Origin: Eledone cirrhosa
Lineage: Eukaryota
NCBI GenBank assembly: GCA_964016885.1
Contig: OZ024740.1
Coordinates: 199,640,001-199,704,000, forward strand
DNA length: 64,000 nt
Direction of reading: 5' to 3'
Of the stretch, positions 1-13,524 are shown in pieces. How positions within the stretch are numbered: position 1 is the stretch's first letter; the number at the start of each line of letters is the position of its first letter. The translations under genes were made by a program, and so were the position numbers. The notes beneath the pieces are model-generated. The model saw nothing but the letters and a program-made list of their open reading frames with translations, made no database searches and was not told the DNA's origin.

Positions 1-729
1 TCACTATAGTCAGGAGTATTGACGGTGGCAACTCACGTGATGTTATTTAGATAACGAGAACATCATTCACGTACATACTGTGCTGCACGAATGTCGGTTC
101 CGACGAGTCAATACAATCAATGGAACTGCCTACTCATGAAATTAAAGCGAATGTGCCTGAGAATACCACAGAGACGTTTATGCATAACATAGGTCTTCGA
201 GAGATTGAGTGAGATATGTTTCCATCTGAATGGACTGGAGCAATATAAAATAAATGTCTTGCTGAAGGATAAAATGAAATATATGGTGACATATTAAAAC
301 AAGGTGTCAATATTTCAGTCGATTGAAAAATACTGATCGTCTAAACAAAGAGAGAATTCATTATTAAATTATAGTTGATGTAAACAAATTATTGTTATCT
401 ATATATCTAATATTATAAAAAGAAACATCGTGTGTATGTGTGTATGTGCATGTGTGACTCTGCATTGACAGAAGGTTTACTGAAGTATTTCTCGGTTACA
501 GCTAATTCTGCGCCTGGACAGCAACCATCCCCATCCTTTGTCAAATATAAACATGATTTTGTGCATAGAAAGTCCTCCTCCCAACCAAAAGAAAAGGCGC
601 AACTTCGTCAAGATATTTTATGGAAAGGAAATAATTTCTCATTCATACTAATCTTCACACTCCACACGACCGATGTTGTCGGAGTGAAAGCCAAGAGAGC
701 GTGGCACCAGTGTAATCGTTGCTGAGTGG

Positions 730-860
730 ATTGGAGTAGCGTGAAATGAAGTGTCTTGCTCAAGGACAAGATAGTACACCCAGTCCGGGAGTTGAAATCA
801 CTAAGATATGCCAGGGCAATGCCGGCTATTTTGCTAGTAAATCTCATACTTCAAATCAAC
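730..860 (-). mobile_element. Decayed CORE-type SINE fragment
   Basis: Minus strand reads GTCCTTGAGCAAGACACTTCATTTCAC after a degenerate B-box-like segment. Similar decayed pieces lie at 60-280, 20730-20860 and 23236-23520. Confidence 0.45.
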
Positions 861-1204
861 GATATAATATGCAATATTGTCTCTATATATTGAAAAGCAC
901 AAGTGTATGTCTTCAAAATTTTCGGCAACAACAAACACATTTTATACAACATAAATATTCATGAACCGTCTTAATTAACATCTAATATGTTATTCAATTC
1001 AATGTATAGGGTTACAACATTTACATAATTACATCTTTCTTAGAACAGGCTGTCTTTATTGACGGTATTTCTTTCTTTAGATATATAGCAAACCTCTGAA
1101 GAAGTTTTATATCTACATATATAATCCTTCTTTTCATATACATAGCTTAAAATAAAACGTTCTGTAACATATCACATATAAATATACATAAATATATAGA
1201 TAGA

Positions 1205-2028
1205 CTAGCAGCTGAGCCCGGTTGCACCCGGGGCAATTTTTTTTAAGTTAATAATTTGAAAAATATTATTGAAAGTTTATTATAAAGAAGCAGTTTCAGG
1301 AAAAAAAATAGAAATATGCACTTGGGGCTGGACGGCGTACATAGAGATGTGGAGCGACGTGAAAAGCGTTGTTTATTAACAGCGAAATAGCAATGTCGAT
1401 GATATGCAATTTGAAAAATACTACTTACTGTTAGTGGTTGATAACATGTATTAGAATAAAAATAAAAATACGCGTCCCTTCTTCGCAATTTAAGGGTTTT
1501 ATTTCTTTTGATGGAAAACAGTGACCGTACTGCAGAATCGATTTCATAAAACGGTACTGTATGATCCTTAAATGTAGAAGGATGATAGTTTATTAACAGC
1601 GAAATAGCAATGTCGATGATATGCAAGTTTAAAAATGCATATTATGGGAGGTTTGTATGATAGTTTACACTTTTTCCTGAAACTGCTTCTTTATAATAAA
1701 CTTTCAATAATATTTTTCAAATTATTGGTACTGTATGTTAACAGCGAAAGAACGTTGATGAATTTTAAAATTTGTATGAAATTGTAAATAACTCCGCCAA
1801 GTATTAGAACAGGGGGAAATAACTCACTGAACGCGATAGTAAATAGACCGTTTGGGGGCCCTAATGACCACATTTTTCAAGTTAGAGATCTGAAACCTCA
1901 TCTATTTGATTGCTTGGCACTTTTTACATAGGTGTGTAAATGTTCATGTCCGTCCGACCACGTCTACTACCATTTAACCGTGCACATCTGAATTTCAACC
2001 ACCACCCATTTCATAAATATATATTAGA
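1205..2028 (-). mobile_element. Non-autonomous Helitron (~820 bp)
   Basis: On the minus strand it starts A|TCTAATATATA at 2028 and ends with a GC hairpin (CCCGGGTGCAACCGGG) then CTAG|T at 1205. It has an internal direct repeat (1371/1588) and an internal inverted segment (~1250-1313 vs ~1672-1726). Confidence 0.75.
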
Positions 2029-2311
2029 TAGATAGAGAGAGAGAGAGAGAGAATGAAAGAAAGAGAGAGAGATAGGGAGAGAGAGCGAGAGAGAGTGGGA
2101 GAGAGAGAGACAAAGAGATAGAGAGAGAGGGAGGCAGCATTACAGCCAATGTATAGAAACAAAGAAAAACACTTAAAGCAATTTCGAAAATGTAGATGCT
2201 GACGCTATTTGAGAAGGACATCGGACATTGGAAGATACATAGTTTCACATTTCTGCTAACGTTCCATACAGGTGTCTTTTGTTTCTTCATAGTATGATAA
2301 TTTGTGATGCA

Positions 2312-2343
<32 letters not shown>

Positions 2344-3770
2344 GGAGAGACAGACAATGGGTCTTTGTTGAGAAATAAGCTTATAATGCATATTTAAAAT
2401 TAATTCTTCTTGAGAAATGTTTAAACTGTTTTTTCTCGAAATTCATGTCTTTTTACCATCAAATACCTTTCGGTGATGAAACGATTCGTGTGAATTAAAA
2501 CATGGAACACACACACATATACCCCCCCACCCACCCACACACACATATATATATATGGGGTGTGTGTATAAAATATTAAGTGCACCATTTGGAATGAGAA
2601 GGCAGGCATATTTGAAAAATTATATATTATTGAACAGAATGAAAATTGAATTGATTTTGTAAAATATCAACAAAAATAATATATATGATAGTGAAAGGAT
2701 TGGAGTCATGACAAGGAATTGATTCCGGTGATATTCCTTTCTGCCTTTTTCTTTCTTCCGTTTCCCTTTTGTCAGCATAAAAATACCGCATGGATTTTAT
2801 CCAATCGATAAGAAAGAACGGTTTGTGTTAATATGAAAGAAAAGTCAATCAGATGTATCACTCCCGGATCATTTACATATTTTACGAGACATAAAAAAAT
2901 AATAATAAACAACTAAAAAAAATAAATGAAATGAAAACGAAAATCTAACAGCTATGACAACAAAAATGATTAAGAAATTGAATTTTAATGAATATTTAGC
3001 CCTAGAGAATGTTTGAGATAGGTGATAGTATGAGGCATCAAAAGAATTTTTTATCGATATGTAAATACATAACATTGTGCAATATTGTTTTTTAAAAACA
3101 TTTTTCTAATCATTACCCATAATGCATTTATCTAGCTTCGGCGTTCGTTTGATTAAAAAAAGTATATAATTTTACAAATTTTACATTGATTATGCATGTA
3201 ATTCTGCAATGAAAATCTATAGATTATATTTTTTTCAGCAATTATCTGAAAACACTTTTCAAGTTTTAATATTTCGTTTTATTTTGATCAATTTATATCA
3301 CATCGATAACTAAATCAAATTTTAGTTTTGCTTGCAGATAAGCGATATATTTTTTTCTTCTCTTATTAACACACCCCGCAAGATATCGGACGCAATCCCT
3401 AAATGGTTTCTCAAGTGTATTTATTAGCCATTCCGTCATGTTACGTTACAATGGATGAGATTATGAAGTTAAGCAAAATCCGAACCAAAAGAGAGAAAAT
3501 AAAACATGTATTGTGAATTATACTATGCAAATAATACTTGCTTTAATCTCGCAACAAAGGTTTGTAGGCTTGCATTGAAGGTGTGATGTTCATGCAATAT
3601 TCAATGCAACTGCAGTATTAAAAAGAAATAGTCTTCAAATAGAAAATCGAAGACAGCTGGCGCCCCCCTTCCATCATGTTCATGTTTTTGACAATACAAA
3701 TCTCGACAGATATCGATCTTTTAGTTATAGTTGAAGACCCTATAATTTAAGAAAGAACAAATGAACTCAC

Positions 3771-3800
3771 CTGTCGTTCTCCATCATATGAGAATCATAA
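3771..3800 (-). other. Candidate 30-nt micro-exon
   Basis: Minus strand: TTTCTTTCCAG | 30 nt | GTGAGT. Only one frame is open (YDSHMMEND) and the phase is symmetric. No transcript evidence. Confidence 0.3.
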
Positions 3801-3825
3801 CTGGAAAGAAATATCCTCTGTTGTG

Positions 3826-3885
<60 letters not shown>

Positions 3886-3893
<8 letters not shown>

Positions 3894-4070
3894 GAAAGGT
3901 ATAGAAAGTATTGTAGCAAGAAGCCAACAGCATTCCATAATATATAAGTAACCATAGCGTCAAAATGGGAAACGAGTATAAATATATAAATGAAAGGTAT
4001 AGAAAGTAGTGTAGCAAGAAGCCAACAGCATTTCATAATATATAAGTGACTATAGCGTCAACATGGGAAA
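3886..4070. repeat. 98-bp direct tandem duplication abutting a (TA)n tract
   Basis: AATGAAAGGTATAGAAAGTA...GCGTCAA.ATGGGAAA occurs at 3891 and 3989. Confidence 0.85.
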
Positions 4071-4327
4071 ATATTTAACGTGAGATGTTGGAAAAATAAT
4101 TCAAACTCAATTCAAAAAAATCAGGATATAGACTTATCCAACAGAATTTAGTAAAATCCAGGGAAAAATCAATAGAGCCATAACTCATGATAAAATAAAG
4201 TTTAAAATACTCATATATATATACATATATATATGTACATATATATATATACATATATAGTAATAATAATAAATTTGAAGACTAAAATCCAAAGAGGGCT
4301 AGATAAGGATAAATATATATCAGATAT

Positions 4328-4378
4328 AATTTCAGAAGATCCCGTTAAGGGTGAAAGCAGCGATTATTTGCTTAAACT
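4328..4378 (+). ncRNA. Hammerhead-like motif with CAGAAGA core (U4A variant), copy 1
   Basis: UUU-CAGAAGA-UCCC(GUUAA)GGGU-GAAA-GCA..UGC-UU-AAA; near-identical to 13998-14048. Confidence 0.5.
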
Positions 4379-4495
4379 TTAATCTGTTATTTTAATAAAT
4401 ATATATATATATATGTATATGTGTGTCTGTGTGTGTGAGTGAGTTCCCCAATATGCATGTATCCATATATATACAAACACACACACACTCATATA

Positions 4496-4540
<45 letters not shown>

Positions 4541-4544
<4 letters not shown>

Positions 4545-4987
4545 GATATTAACAAATGGAAACTATATTTATAAAACCATATTTATTTCATTATACATAT
4601 TTCAAGGACACCAAGTTAAATTATGGTGTGCTTTCATCAGATAAAATATAATATAGACCAGTTTTATAAATAAATATTGACATACCCTTAAAGAATGCAA
4701 CCATTACTGTTGGAAGCTCTCGGGAGCTTTCAACAGTAATGGTTGCATTCTTTAAGGGTATGTCAATATTTATTTATAAAACTGGTCTATATTATATTTT
4801 ATCTGATGAAAGCACACCATAATTTAACTTGGTGTCCTTGAAATATGTATAATGAAATAAATATGGTTTTATAAATATAGTTTCATTTGTTAATATCGTA
4901 TTTTTACTCCAATTATTTGTTGAGTGCTTTAGATCAGTTATAAAAATTTGCTTGTTGTATCCAAAGAATTTAAATAGAACTTTTACA
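4541..4987 (+). mobile_element. Fold-back hammerhead element, family A (Penelope pLTR-like)
   Basis: Near-perfect palindrome 4541-4901 (apex 4721/4722) plus an unpaired tail 4902-4987, with (TA)n on both sides. Homologous to 35914-36379. Confidence 0.85.
4795..4859 (+). ncRNA. Type I hammerhead ribozyme (mirror copy at 4584-4648, minus strand)
   Basis: Helix I UAUUUUAU/AUGAAAUA, core CUGAUGA, helix II AAG.ACACC..GGUGU.CUU, GAAA, minimal helix III, AUA cleavage triplet. Confidence 0.8.
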
Positions 4988-5366
4988 TATATATATATTT
5001 ATATATATATATATACATATATATGGATATATGAATATTGGAGAAATCGCTCTACTTCGCTTATTACGAAAATGTGCATTGAACACACATTAGTGTGTTC
5101 TCCATCTTGTGATTGGTAAATTCGGGAGTATAATTAAAGTAGATATCATTCTAGTTATTTTCAAATTTCACAGTAAGGATGTAAAATAATGAAATGAATA
5201 CATATATTACTTTCGGAAGAAAAAGCTAGCCCTGGCTTCAATGTTCGGTGATGGGGCATCTGGAGATTGAAGAATCACTAACACGGAAGCTCCAATAACA
5301 TATATATATATATATACATATATACATATAACATATATATATATATTGGTTTGACAGCTTTACTTC

Positions 5367-5401
5367 CCTCTGAAGAAGAGATATTATCTCGAAAATTTAG
5401 G
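5367..5401 (+). ncRNA. Very minimal hammerhead candidate
   Basis: CCU-CUGAAGA-A-GAGAU(AUU)AUCUC-GAAA-AUUU-AGG; helix III could form only in a dimer, via palindromic AAUU. Confidence 0.5.
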
Positions 5402-5540
5402 ACATTTAAATAAATCTAAGGTAAATGACTAATTGTCAAAAATATCTTTTGCATTTACATTCTTTATTCTATGTCCTTACCTGCATTGTTTTGGCTTTAT
5501 TATACATACACAAACGTTTATACCATATATATATATATAT

Positions 5541-5900
5541 ATAAAGAAAAAAAGATGAAATCGAAAGTGCAACTGGAGTCTTATTTAAAAATATATATAT
5601 ATATTTGTTTGGTTCCTTTACTGGTTTCGCAGTTCTTTTGCTTTTCAAAAGTAGAGTTGACATGGAGGGTCTGTGGTTTTTCTCACAAATGTGAGAAAAA
5701 CCACACACCCTCTATCTCAACTCTACTTTAGAAAAGCAGAAGAACTGCCAAACCAGTAAAGGAACCAAACAAATATATATATATTTTTTTAAAAAATAAG
5801 CCTCCAGTTGCATTTTCGATTTCATCTTTTTTCTTTATACTTTCACTCGTGTAGGACACCTCTGTTATTTTTCATTTTGTAAAAAAACCTCACTTTCTAA
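5541..5900 (+). mobile_element. Fold-back hammerhead element, family B
   Basis: Imperfect palindrome 5541-5839 (apex ~5688) plus a tail ending CACTTTCTAA(TA)n. U3-A8 hammerhead at 5615-5652 (minus); the plus-arm copy is decayed. A single-arm homolog lies at 17800-17944. Confidence 0.8.
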
Positions 5901-5911
5901 TATATATATAT

Positions 5912-6220
5912 AATTGTTGTCCACAATTACTCCCAAGTCTCTGATGTTTTTGGATGCCACGATAGTTTCACCTGCCTGACGGAAGGGAGTATGGGAATTT
6001 CAGGGCATCTTCTTTTCCAAAGTGGATTAACTCAAATTTATACTCGTTCAGCAAAATATTGTTCTTTTCTGCCTATTGGATAACTGCCAGTAGATCGAGT
6101 TGGAGGCATATCCGGTCACACACTACATTGATGACCTTCTGGAGCTTGGAATCATCTGCAAAGATTCCTATGTTGCTGTGCTTGATGATATCAGTAATGT
6201 CATTAATGTAGATGATGAAA
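5912..6220 (-). mobile_element. CR1/Jockey-group LINE reverse transcriptase fragment (pseudogenised)
   Basis: Manual translation: FIIYINDITDIIKHSNIGIFADDSKLQK...LNEYKFELIHFG...IRDLGVIVD, with a stop and a frameshift. Confidence 0.85.
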
Positions 6221-6338
6221 GCACACACACACACCTATATATATATATGTATATATATATATATTATACATATAATTAAATATTAATTAGTTTGTCTGGC
6301 TTATATTCTGATGAATAGTTTGTTTTCACTTACATTAT

Positions 6339-6398
<60 letters not shown>

Positions 6399-6509
6399 AT
6401 ATGTGTATGTATATATACATATATGTATGTATGTATGTGTGTGTATGTGTGTGTGTGTGTATGTGTGTGTGTGTATGTGTGTGTGTATGTGCGTGTGTGC
6501 ATGTGTGTT

Positions 6510-6543
<34 letters not shown>

Positions 6544-6654
6544 TTTGTGTGTTTGTGAGTTCCATGCCTGTGTTTTCATCACGTTTTGTAGAGGTGTAAC
6601 TAAACGTAATCGATAACATATTACCAAACTTGTAGAAATAAATACTGCAATCAA

Positions 6655-7140
6655 TTTGATTTACAAGTACCCCATTCATACGGTGACCCACCATTGCTGC
6701 AATCTTATAATTGAAACTAGCAAAGGTATAGTTGGTTCTCTCCATGTTGCCGTATATTATATTATTGGTTCAGTAAAATGCTATGGCGGCTCTCATCAAC
6801 AACATTATAATTTCCTTATTCATGCCGATCCCTCCAATATAGTTATCAAAATCCATTCTGTAGAAGTCATGATTAACTGAGGTTTTTCCATAAGACTGCT
6901 ATGTATAGTTCCATGCATCTGTCTGACGACAATGAAGCTTGTGACAAATCCTGTCATCCACGCTATTATCATCAGCAACACTTTTCGGTTTCTTGTGGTG
7001 AATTTAGCAACTGAAGAGGTTGATCAAATCGGTCTCTTTCAAAATCAGCTTTGTTTTCCAATTCTACTTTCCTTATAAGAGAATCCTATGAATATCTTCG
7101 GTCTCAGATTCGTGTTGTTATCCATGTGTATATCATGGCT
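6655..7140 (-). mobile_element. Heavily decayed RTE-like LINE 5' part (AP endonuclease region)
   Basis: Remnant peptides WKNL...YIGGIGM resemble RTE endonuclease motifs; many disablements. Confidence 0.3.
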
Positions 7141-7940
7141 TAGCCTTTTACATTGTCATTTACATGAGTAAATATTGCTTTACATTTGAAGTGCGATGCA
7201 GCTAATTAGAACATGTGCACCAGCTGTCAGTTCTTCTGCTTAATTAATTGGTACTATGACCCTCCGAAAGTACAACAATATCGGTTCCACAGTAATGCAT
7301 CAAGAATCTGGCAAAACAAACACAAACGCTCTGTACAAATCGATATCACTATATATAACTAACACCTATTATTGAATTCCGATCATTTGTCAGACTTGTA
7401 AACGGCGACAAGAATCCGTCCTAGAATGGAGGAAGGTAGTGCACATATCTCTACAAACTTCATCTTTGCTATTATTCCAACTAACTAACTCATTATGCTA
7501 CTTCATGTTATAAACAAATGTAACAGTCTCTATTAAAAGAACGTGAAATTTCAAAATCTAAAATGACCGACTCCACATAGGCACCTCAATGTCTCAACTT
7601 TTCTATATTTTATATGAAGTGGCCAAAATTCTAGATTCACAGTATCTGGTCAATGTGTGTTTGAATGTTCATATTCACATCACTTCAAAACATTATTCTA
7701 ATTTCAGGATTTATTAATGAGTATATCTAAAGGAATCAAATGTTGGCGGAGCATCAATACATTTTTATTATCTGTTCTTTGAATTAAAACCTCCTACAAG
7801 AGCTCGCTTTTAATTTTTCAAATATTCTCGTAATTAATGAAATCTTAAATTGCCAAACGGATAGACATAACGATAAAAAGAGAGACAATATTGATAGTAA
7901 TAAAAATAATGAAAGCAGCAACAACAAGAACAAGAACAAC

Positions 7941-7985
<45 letters not shown>

Positions 7986-8026
7986 CTTTCCAGTTAACTA
8001 ACATCAATGACTGAGACTCAAAGAAC

Positions 8027-8060
<34 letters not shown>

Positions 8061-8063
<3 letters not shown>

Positions 8064-8770
8064 TATGGAAAATACCCAGAACGAGCTAACAATCCTGATG
8101 TTGACAAAACTTTAACCCATCAGTGGTTGGCATCATCTGGACGGAAATCGGAGACTGAAGGACTGATTATATCGGCACAAGATCAGTGTCTGCCAACAAA
8201 GAATTACCAAGCCAACATAATAAAAAATGGATGCAGCCCATTATGCCGTGTACGTAGAAAACAACCAGAGACCATTGATCAAATAATTTCAATGTGCAGT
8301 CCTATAGCTCCAACCAAATACCTAAACAGGCATGGCAGAGCTGCACAATACATACATTGGATAATGTGTAAGCATTTTGACTTGCCCCATCAAAAGAATT
8401 GGTGGGAGCATCAACCACCTCCCATACTTGAAAAATATCACATCTCAATATTGTGGAACTTTAGCATCCAAACAGACCGAAAAATAAATGCAAATAGACC
8501 TGATATATTATTGAAGGACTTTCAAAGGAGGGTATGCCTGCTAATTGATATGTCCGTTCCAATAGACAAGAATGTATCTATAAAAACATTTGAAAATTTG
8601 AGCAAGTATAAGGACCTGGAGATAGAAATTGGAAAAATGTGGAAATTGAGAACTAAAACAATACCAGTGGTTGTAGGCGCTCTTGAACATGGCGGACCTT
8701 GTTGTCTCTTGAGGTCATTGGTTGTGATTTGGTGATAACTCGTATGAACATAAAGCAAGATAAACGCAAC
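8061..8770 (+). mobile_element. R4/Dong-clade non-LTR retrotransposon 3' fragment (zinc knuckle plus restriction-like endonuclease)
   Basis: ORF 8007-8735: SETEGLIISAQDQ, decayed CCHC (CRVRR..ETIDQIISMC), LNRHG, ANRPDILL..LIDMSVP, KYKDL, IPVVVGAL. Embedded in (TAA)n, the known Dong-type target. Confidence 0.9.
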
Positions 8771-8857
8771 TATAATAATAATTATAATTATAAGAATAAT
8801 AAATGATGAAGAGAAGAAGAAGAAGAAGAAGAAGTAGAAGAAGAAGAAGAAGAAGAA

Positions 8858-9037
8858 TTGTTTCTACTTTTGGCCACAGGACCGGCAATTATCCCAGTGC
8901 ATTACTGGTTCTTTATTTTATCGATCTCGTAAGGATGAAAGACAAAGTAAACCTCGGCAGGATTTGAAGTGAGACTGTAAAGGTCCGTAACTCTTTACTG
9001 CAAAGCATAGCGTCCGACCCTCTACTGGTTCTGCCAA
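8858..9037 (-). mobile_element. tRNA-derived SINE with Nin/Deu-like central domain
   Basis: Matches the family consensus GGCAGTATCGGTAG..GTTCAAATCCCGCC GAGGT.ACTTTGCCTTTCATCCTTACGGGGTCGATAAAATAAAGTACC..GTAGAAACAA. Confidence 0.85.
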
Positions 9038-9169
9038 TAATAATGATAATTCTTTCTTTATTGACCACAAGGGCGGAAACGTGTAGGATGATAAGAAAGA
9101 CAGGGACAGTAGAGATTTACAAAATTTTGATAAAAGCTTAAAACGTTTAAACAAATAAAACATATAAAC

Positions 9170-10240
9170 AACAAACACAATACATTACTACTAATAAATG
9201 TTCCCCAATAGGTGGAACATAACTCAGGGGTAACTTGGGAATACCACAGTTACGAAATTATCATAATCTCCAAGAGCACCACACTAAGGTAACACTCGTC
9301 TCTAGAAACTATCCAATATATTAGGCTTATTCATTCGGGCCATCCTCGCTCCGTTCACCAACATATTAACAGTACTTCCCTCATTATCATCACCTTCTTT
9401 ACTCAGTGGAACTGGACAAAGTCCGCGAGGGCGTGGGCAAAGAGGAAAGTGTCTGTCTTCATTCTTTCAGCCGCGTCCAGCAGACTATCTCTTTCGCTAA
9501 AGACAATAAACAAATGTAAACTGCATATTATTCTCGGAGGAATGAAGGGGGAGGGTCGATGATCGATTCCATCCTACACACGATAATAGTTCTTTGACAA
9601 AACACCACGAATCAACAATAAGCGGGCATTGGAAGTATGCGTACAAGATAGTTTCGTCGCTCTCCACACATCTCGGAGACCTCCGTCTGACAACACGTCA
9701 GTGCGTCTAGAGATTTTCTCGAACCGACAGTGCTCTCTGATAGTACTATCAAGCCAGCGTTTTCTTGAAATTGTCAATAGCCCCCGGCTCGAACGTTCTC
9801 CTGAACAGACTAGCTAGTTCGCTACCTTCGACGCCTATATTGTCTCAAAGAGCGTCGTAGCATTAGCCAACCACTAATCCTCTACGCAACGATAGAAAGG
9901 TTGCTCTAACTACAGAGAGCTCTTCTTCTTAAGCCACTCCGTTAAGGTCTATGCTAAATGACTGGAAAATATATGCAGGGAGATTGCTGAGTCAATCTAG
10001 CTGATATTACAGTGCGGTTTTCACCCCGGATGCAGCTGAGCCAACCATATACCCACAGTACGGCAGATCTTCGAGAAATCGTGGAAGTATTGCCAAGAGG
10101 TAGATTCATGTTTTGTAGACCACGTAAAGGCATATGACCGTATTCAGTGCTCTCTCTGACTTGCATTTGATAGGTGTGATGCGAAAACTGAGACACTCGT
10201 CCTGTGCTTGTCGATACGAATATAGAACCACATTATACAG
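9170..10240 (-). mobile_element. Tx1/L1-clade LINE 3' fragment (decayed)
   Basis: Manual translation: LFRRTFEPGAIDNFKKTLA..RALSVRE..PRCVESDETILYAYFQCP (decayed C-terminal zinc knuckle) and WVNGARMAR near the ORF end; many stops. Confidence 0.65.
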
Positions 10241-12187
10241 AGTACTTTTCACTTCTTAAATTATTTACGGTTTTAAGAGGGTAATAGCCTACAATTTCTA
10301 GTAGAAGAAGCCTCCATTTTAACAGCACATTCATTTACATGCATCTATAAATTTTAGGTCTGATGGTGTTATTAAGGAGCAGATTAATATGATCGGAATG
10401 ATAATGAAAATTTCAAATATGACTGTAGCTTAGCAGACACCAACAAGTAACTGCACTCGCCCTTGGTAATTGGGACCACAATTAGATTTAAACGTTTCTC
10501 CAACCTTCCCGAGAGAACTGTCTTGTCCTCTGTTATCATACTTTGGCATTACTGCTAAGTGGCGACACAGAATCATGGCAAATCTACTATTGTTTCTCAA
10601 TTATTTTTACCCCCACGGAGTTTGAAACACATCTGCCACAGTCATTTTTGCATTCTGTCGCCCACGTGACAACTAAATGAATGATTACCATTAGCGTTTT
10701 TATTATCATATTTGTTATTATAAATATAAACAAAATGTAGATGTACTTTTCTAGTAATTTACACAGTTATTAAACACACTCACGTGTCAGTTGGATGCTC
10801 AGCTTAATATGGCTGTTCTCTTGCTCGGAAAAATGAAATCGATGGATTTCCATTACATGCTAGTTCACTAGACCAAGCACCTGGAATATTCATAGTGAAA
10901 ACCGACGGAGGCTCCATTTAGTTTTTACATGTATTTCTATAGGTACACATGACAAAATGTACGGTTTACTTCCGCTTGCTTTCTTCTCATTGAAACGGAT
11001 CCAATCAGAGATTGTGGAGAGATAAGTAGGTTTCTAGGTTGGACTGTGTATGTTAACTAGAGTATGGAAGTGATGAAAGTGATGAAAATATGCGTGTAGA
11101 TAGATATTTGATTGGTTGCTAAAGAAAATAAGGTGATCGATAATCTAAAGAAACGAAAGTAATTCATAATAGTAACGTATAATAGTGTATAGGGTTGTGG
11201 AAATAATCAATGATACAGGTTCTTATCAAAAGCACCGGCACCGAACGATTAAATATGTATTAAATATGAATTTCAGTGTCAAAGGGCCTCTTCTCCTCTC
11301 ATTGGTCAGTTGTAAGAACATTCCTCATTCTAAGTGTTGTTATTGTTGGAGTTAGCTTAAAAAATTGATAAAGTCGTAGAAGGAACACGGTGGTAAAGGA
11401 ACAAAATAAAAAAAAAAGTGTCAAACTTCCCGTTGGTCAGTTTTGAGAGCATTCCTCAGTCAGAAGTCTATAGAATTCTTTCTGGGGTGAGACTCCATGT
11501 AGTGTTTGTGTTTGCTATTGTTAAGTACATTTGACTTCTACCATTATTTCAGTAGTGTTGTTGGTGTTGTGGTCAGCTTATGTCTTGCTGCTGCTGACAA
11601 TTTAGAAGTGTCTGTGTTTGGTTTTTCTTCATCCCTCCTGCCACCATCTCTCATAGTCGTGGTGGTGGTGTTGGTGTTTTTCTTCCATGTATATGAAGAA
11701 ATATAAGGCAATAAATGAATGAAGAAAAGAGAAAATGAATAATAAATAGAGAATAAAGAATAACGAATGAATTAAAAATTGGTGAAAAGGTAAGGAAAAT
11801 GAATATGGAGAAGTGAAAAATAAAATGAAGATTCAAATAAAGTAGGATAAAGTGTGTGTGTGCTATAACCAATCTCAAGGTCAGAAATATGTTGGATAAA
11901 TTGGTATGAGAGACAAGATGTTAAATTAAGATAATCAAACAAAATGTGTTTGTGTTATAATCAATCTCAACTTCTAAATAAATATAAGGTGATACAGTGA
12001 AGAGAACAGAAAACAAATAACAAATTAATAAAGAGAAATCAAGATTTAAAATTGGAACTTGAAAATCAGAAATCAAGTAAATTAAAATGTGTTTGTGTTC
12101 TATAGATGTTGGCCAGATTATAATGGCTGTGTCCGATTCAATATCTAGGCTATGACGGCGTCTGCTCAGTCTGGGTTGTTCCCTATG

Positions 12188-13524
12188 GCTTGAGGGGAGT
12201 TCACAACCTAGTGTGTTGTTACTGCCCATATAGTTTGAGGGAGGTCTGGCCGAGAGGTGTCTACATGTTCTGTAGAAGTCCCTATAGCTTGAGGGGAGTT
12301 CACATCTTCTTGTGTTGCTACTGTCCATATATCTTGAGGAAGGTCCCGGGTCTAAGGTGTCTGCATGTCCCGAAGAAGTCGGTTCTGAGGTTTATCAGGC
12401 CGCTTCCACCTCTTAGTATCTCGAGGGTCTTGTTCAGGCATAGTTTGCATATGGAAGATCCCCCTTTATCGGGTGGTACTTTCCTGATTATATACCAGGC
12501 CAGAGAGTACGGGGTCCTGTCCAGCTTAAGCTTCCAGATCAGGTCGGAGAGAGCCCTGCTTTTCCTTTTGGCCTCCTTTTTGAATGAATGGCGATGGTTG
12601 TACCAGCGGTCTTTAAAGCTCGTTGATGTGGCTCCTATGTAGAGGTGTTCGGAGTTGGGGGTTTTAACCCTACAACTGTATACTAGGTTCTTCTTAAGGC
12701 ATTCATTACCAAGGGGGCATGATTCGGGGTTTCTGCAGTTGCAGAGGGTGGTCGACCTCTGCGTGCCTAGATTAGGGTTCCCGTTAAGTGTTACATGGTG
12801 GTCTTCCCCCAGGCACGGTGGGGGGTCCCCGAGTCTGTTTTGGTTTCTTGGGTGGGCTCTTCCCCCCTTTCACATGGTTCTGCTGAGTGCTTGTATTGCC
12901 ATCTTCTGGTTGTGTGTGGTTTTTAAGCCTACTCCTCTTGATACTAGCTATGTGTTGGGCCACATTTCTCGTGGTGGAATACGAGAGCTTCTCAGTGTGT
13001 CTGTTGAAGATCCTGTGGTATCTATGGTCCCTCGGGAAGCATTTATCAAGTGCTCTAAAGAATGATCAGGCCAAGCTGTTCTTTAGGGCCGCTGAGTAGG
13101 GGGGTTGTACCACGTGATTTTTCGGTGTCTCCTCATATATGTGTGGGTCGGCGGGGGTCGTGTTTTGTTGGAGATTTGTTGGGTTGCTGGTGGTTCCCGC
13201 ACTGTTGCTTCCCCTTTGGGCTCTATGCTTTTTGTTATCTTCACGGCCCGAATCTGTGAGGTGGGCGTTGCCCGCCCTGGGAGATCTATCGTGGGGTGGT
13301 TCCCCCCCCCCCACGTGTCCTGCGGTTGGGGTCGTCGATCCTGGGGTGGTTAGCGTCACCCCTGAGACTGCTATTCATATTGTGTTTCATCTCGTAGTTA
13401 AGCGTACTAGTCACCACCGCCCGTATGGTGATGTCAGGCACATGGTGCCTATTTGTTTCTGCTATGCCTGTATTGTTAGGGTCCCCCTCCCGAGCAACGC
13501 AGGTGTGGGTGTCTGTTGGGATAT
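12188..13524 (-). mobile_element. Penelope-like element, 5'-truncated: end of RT/linker plus C-terminal GIY-YIG endonuclease
   Basis: Manual translation: NPPYSAALKNSLA*SFFRALDKCFP..RIFNRHTEKLSYS, then CNCRNPESCPLGNECLKKNLVYSC..LYIGATSTSFKDRWYNHRHSF..ICKLCL..GTCRHL. A 99-bp tandem duplication lies at 12188/12287. The pyrimidine-rich 3' region probably continues to ~10900. Confidence 0.9.
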
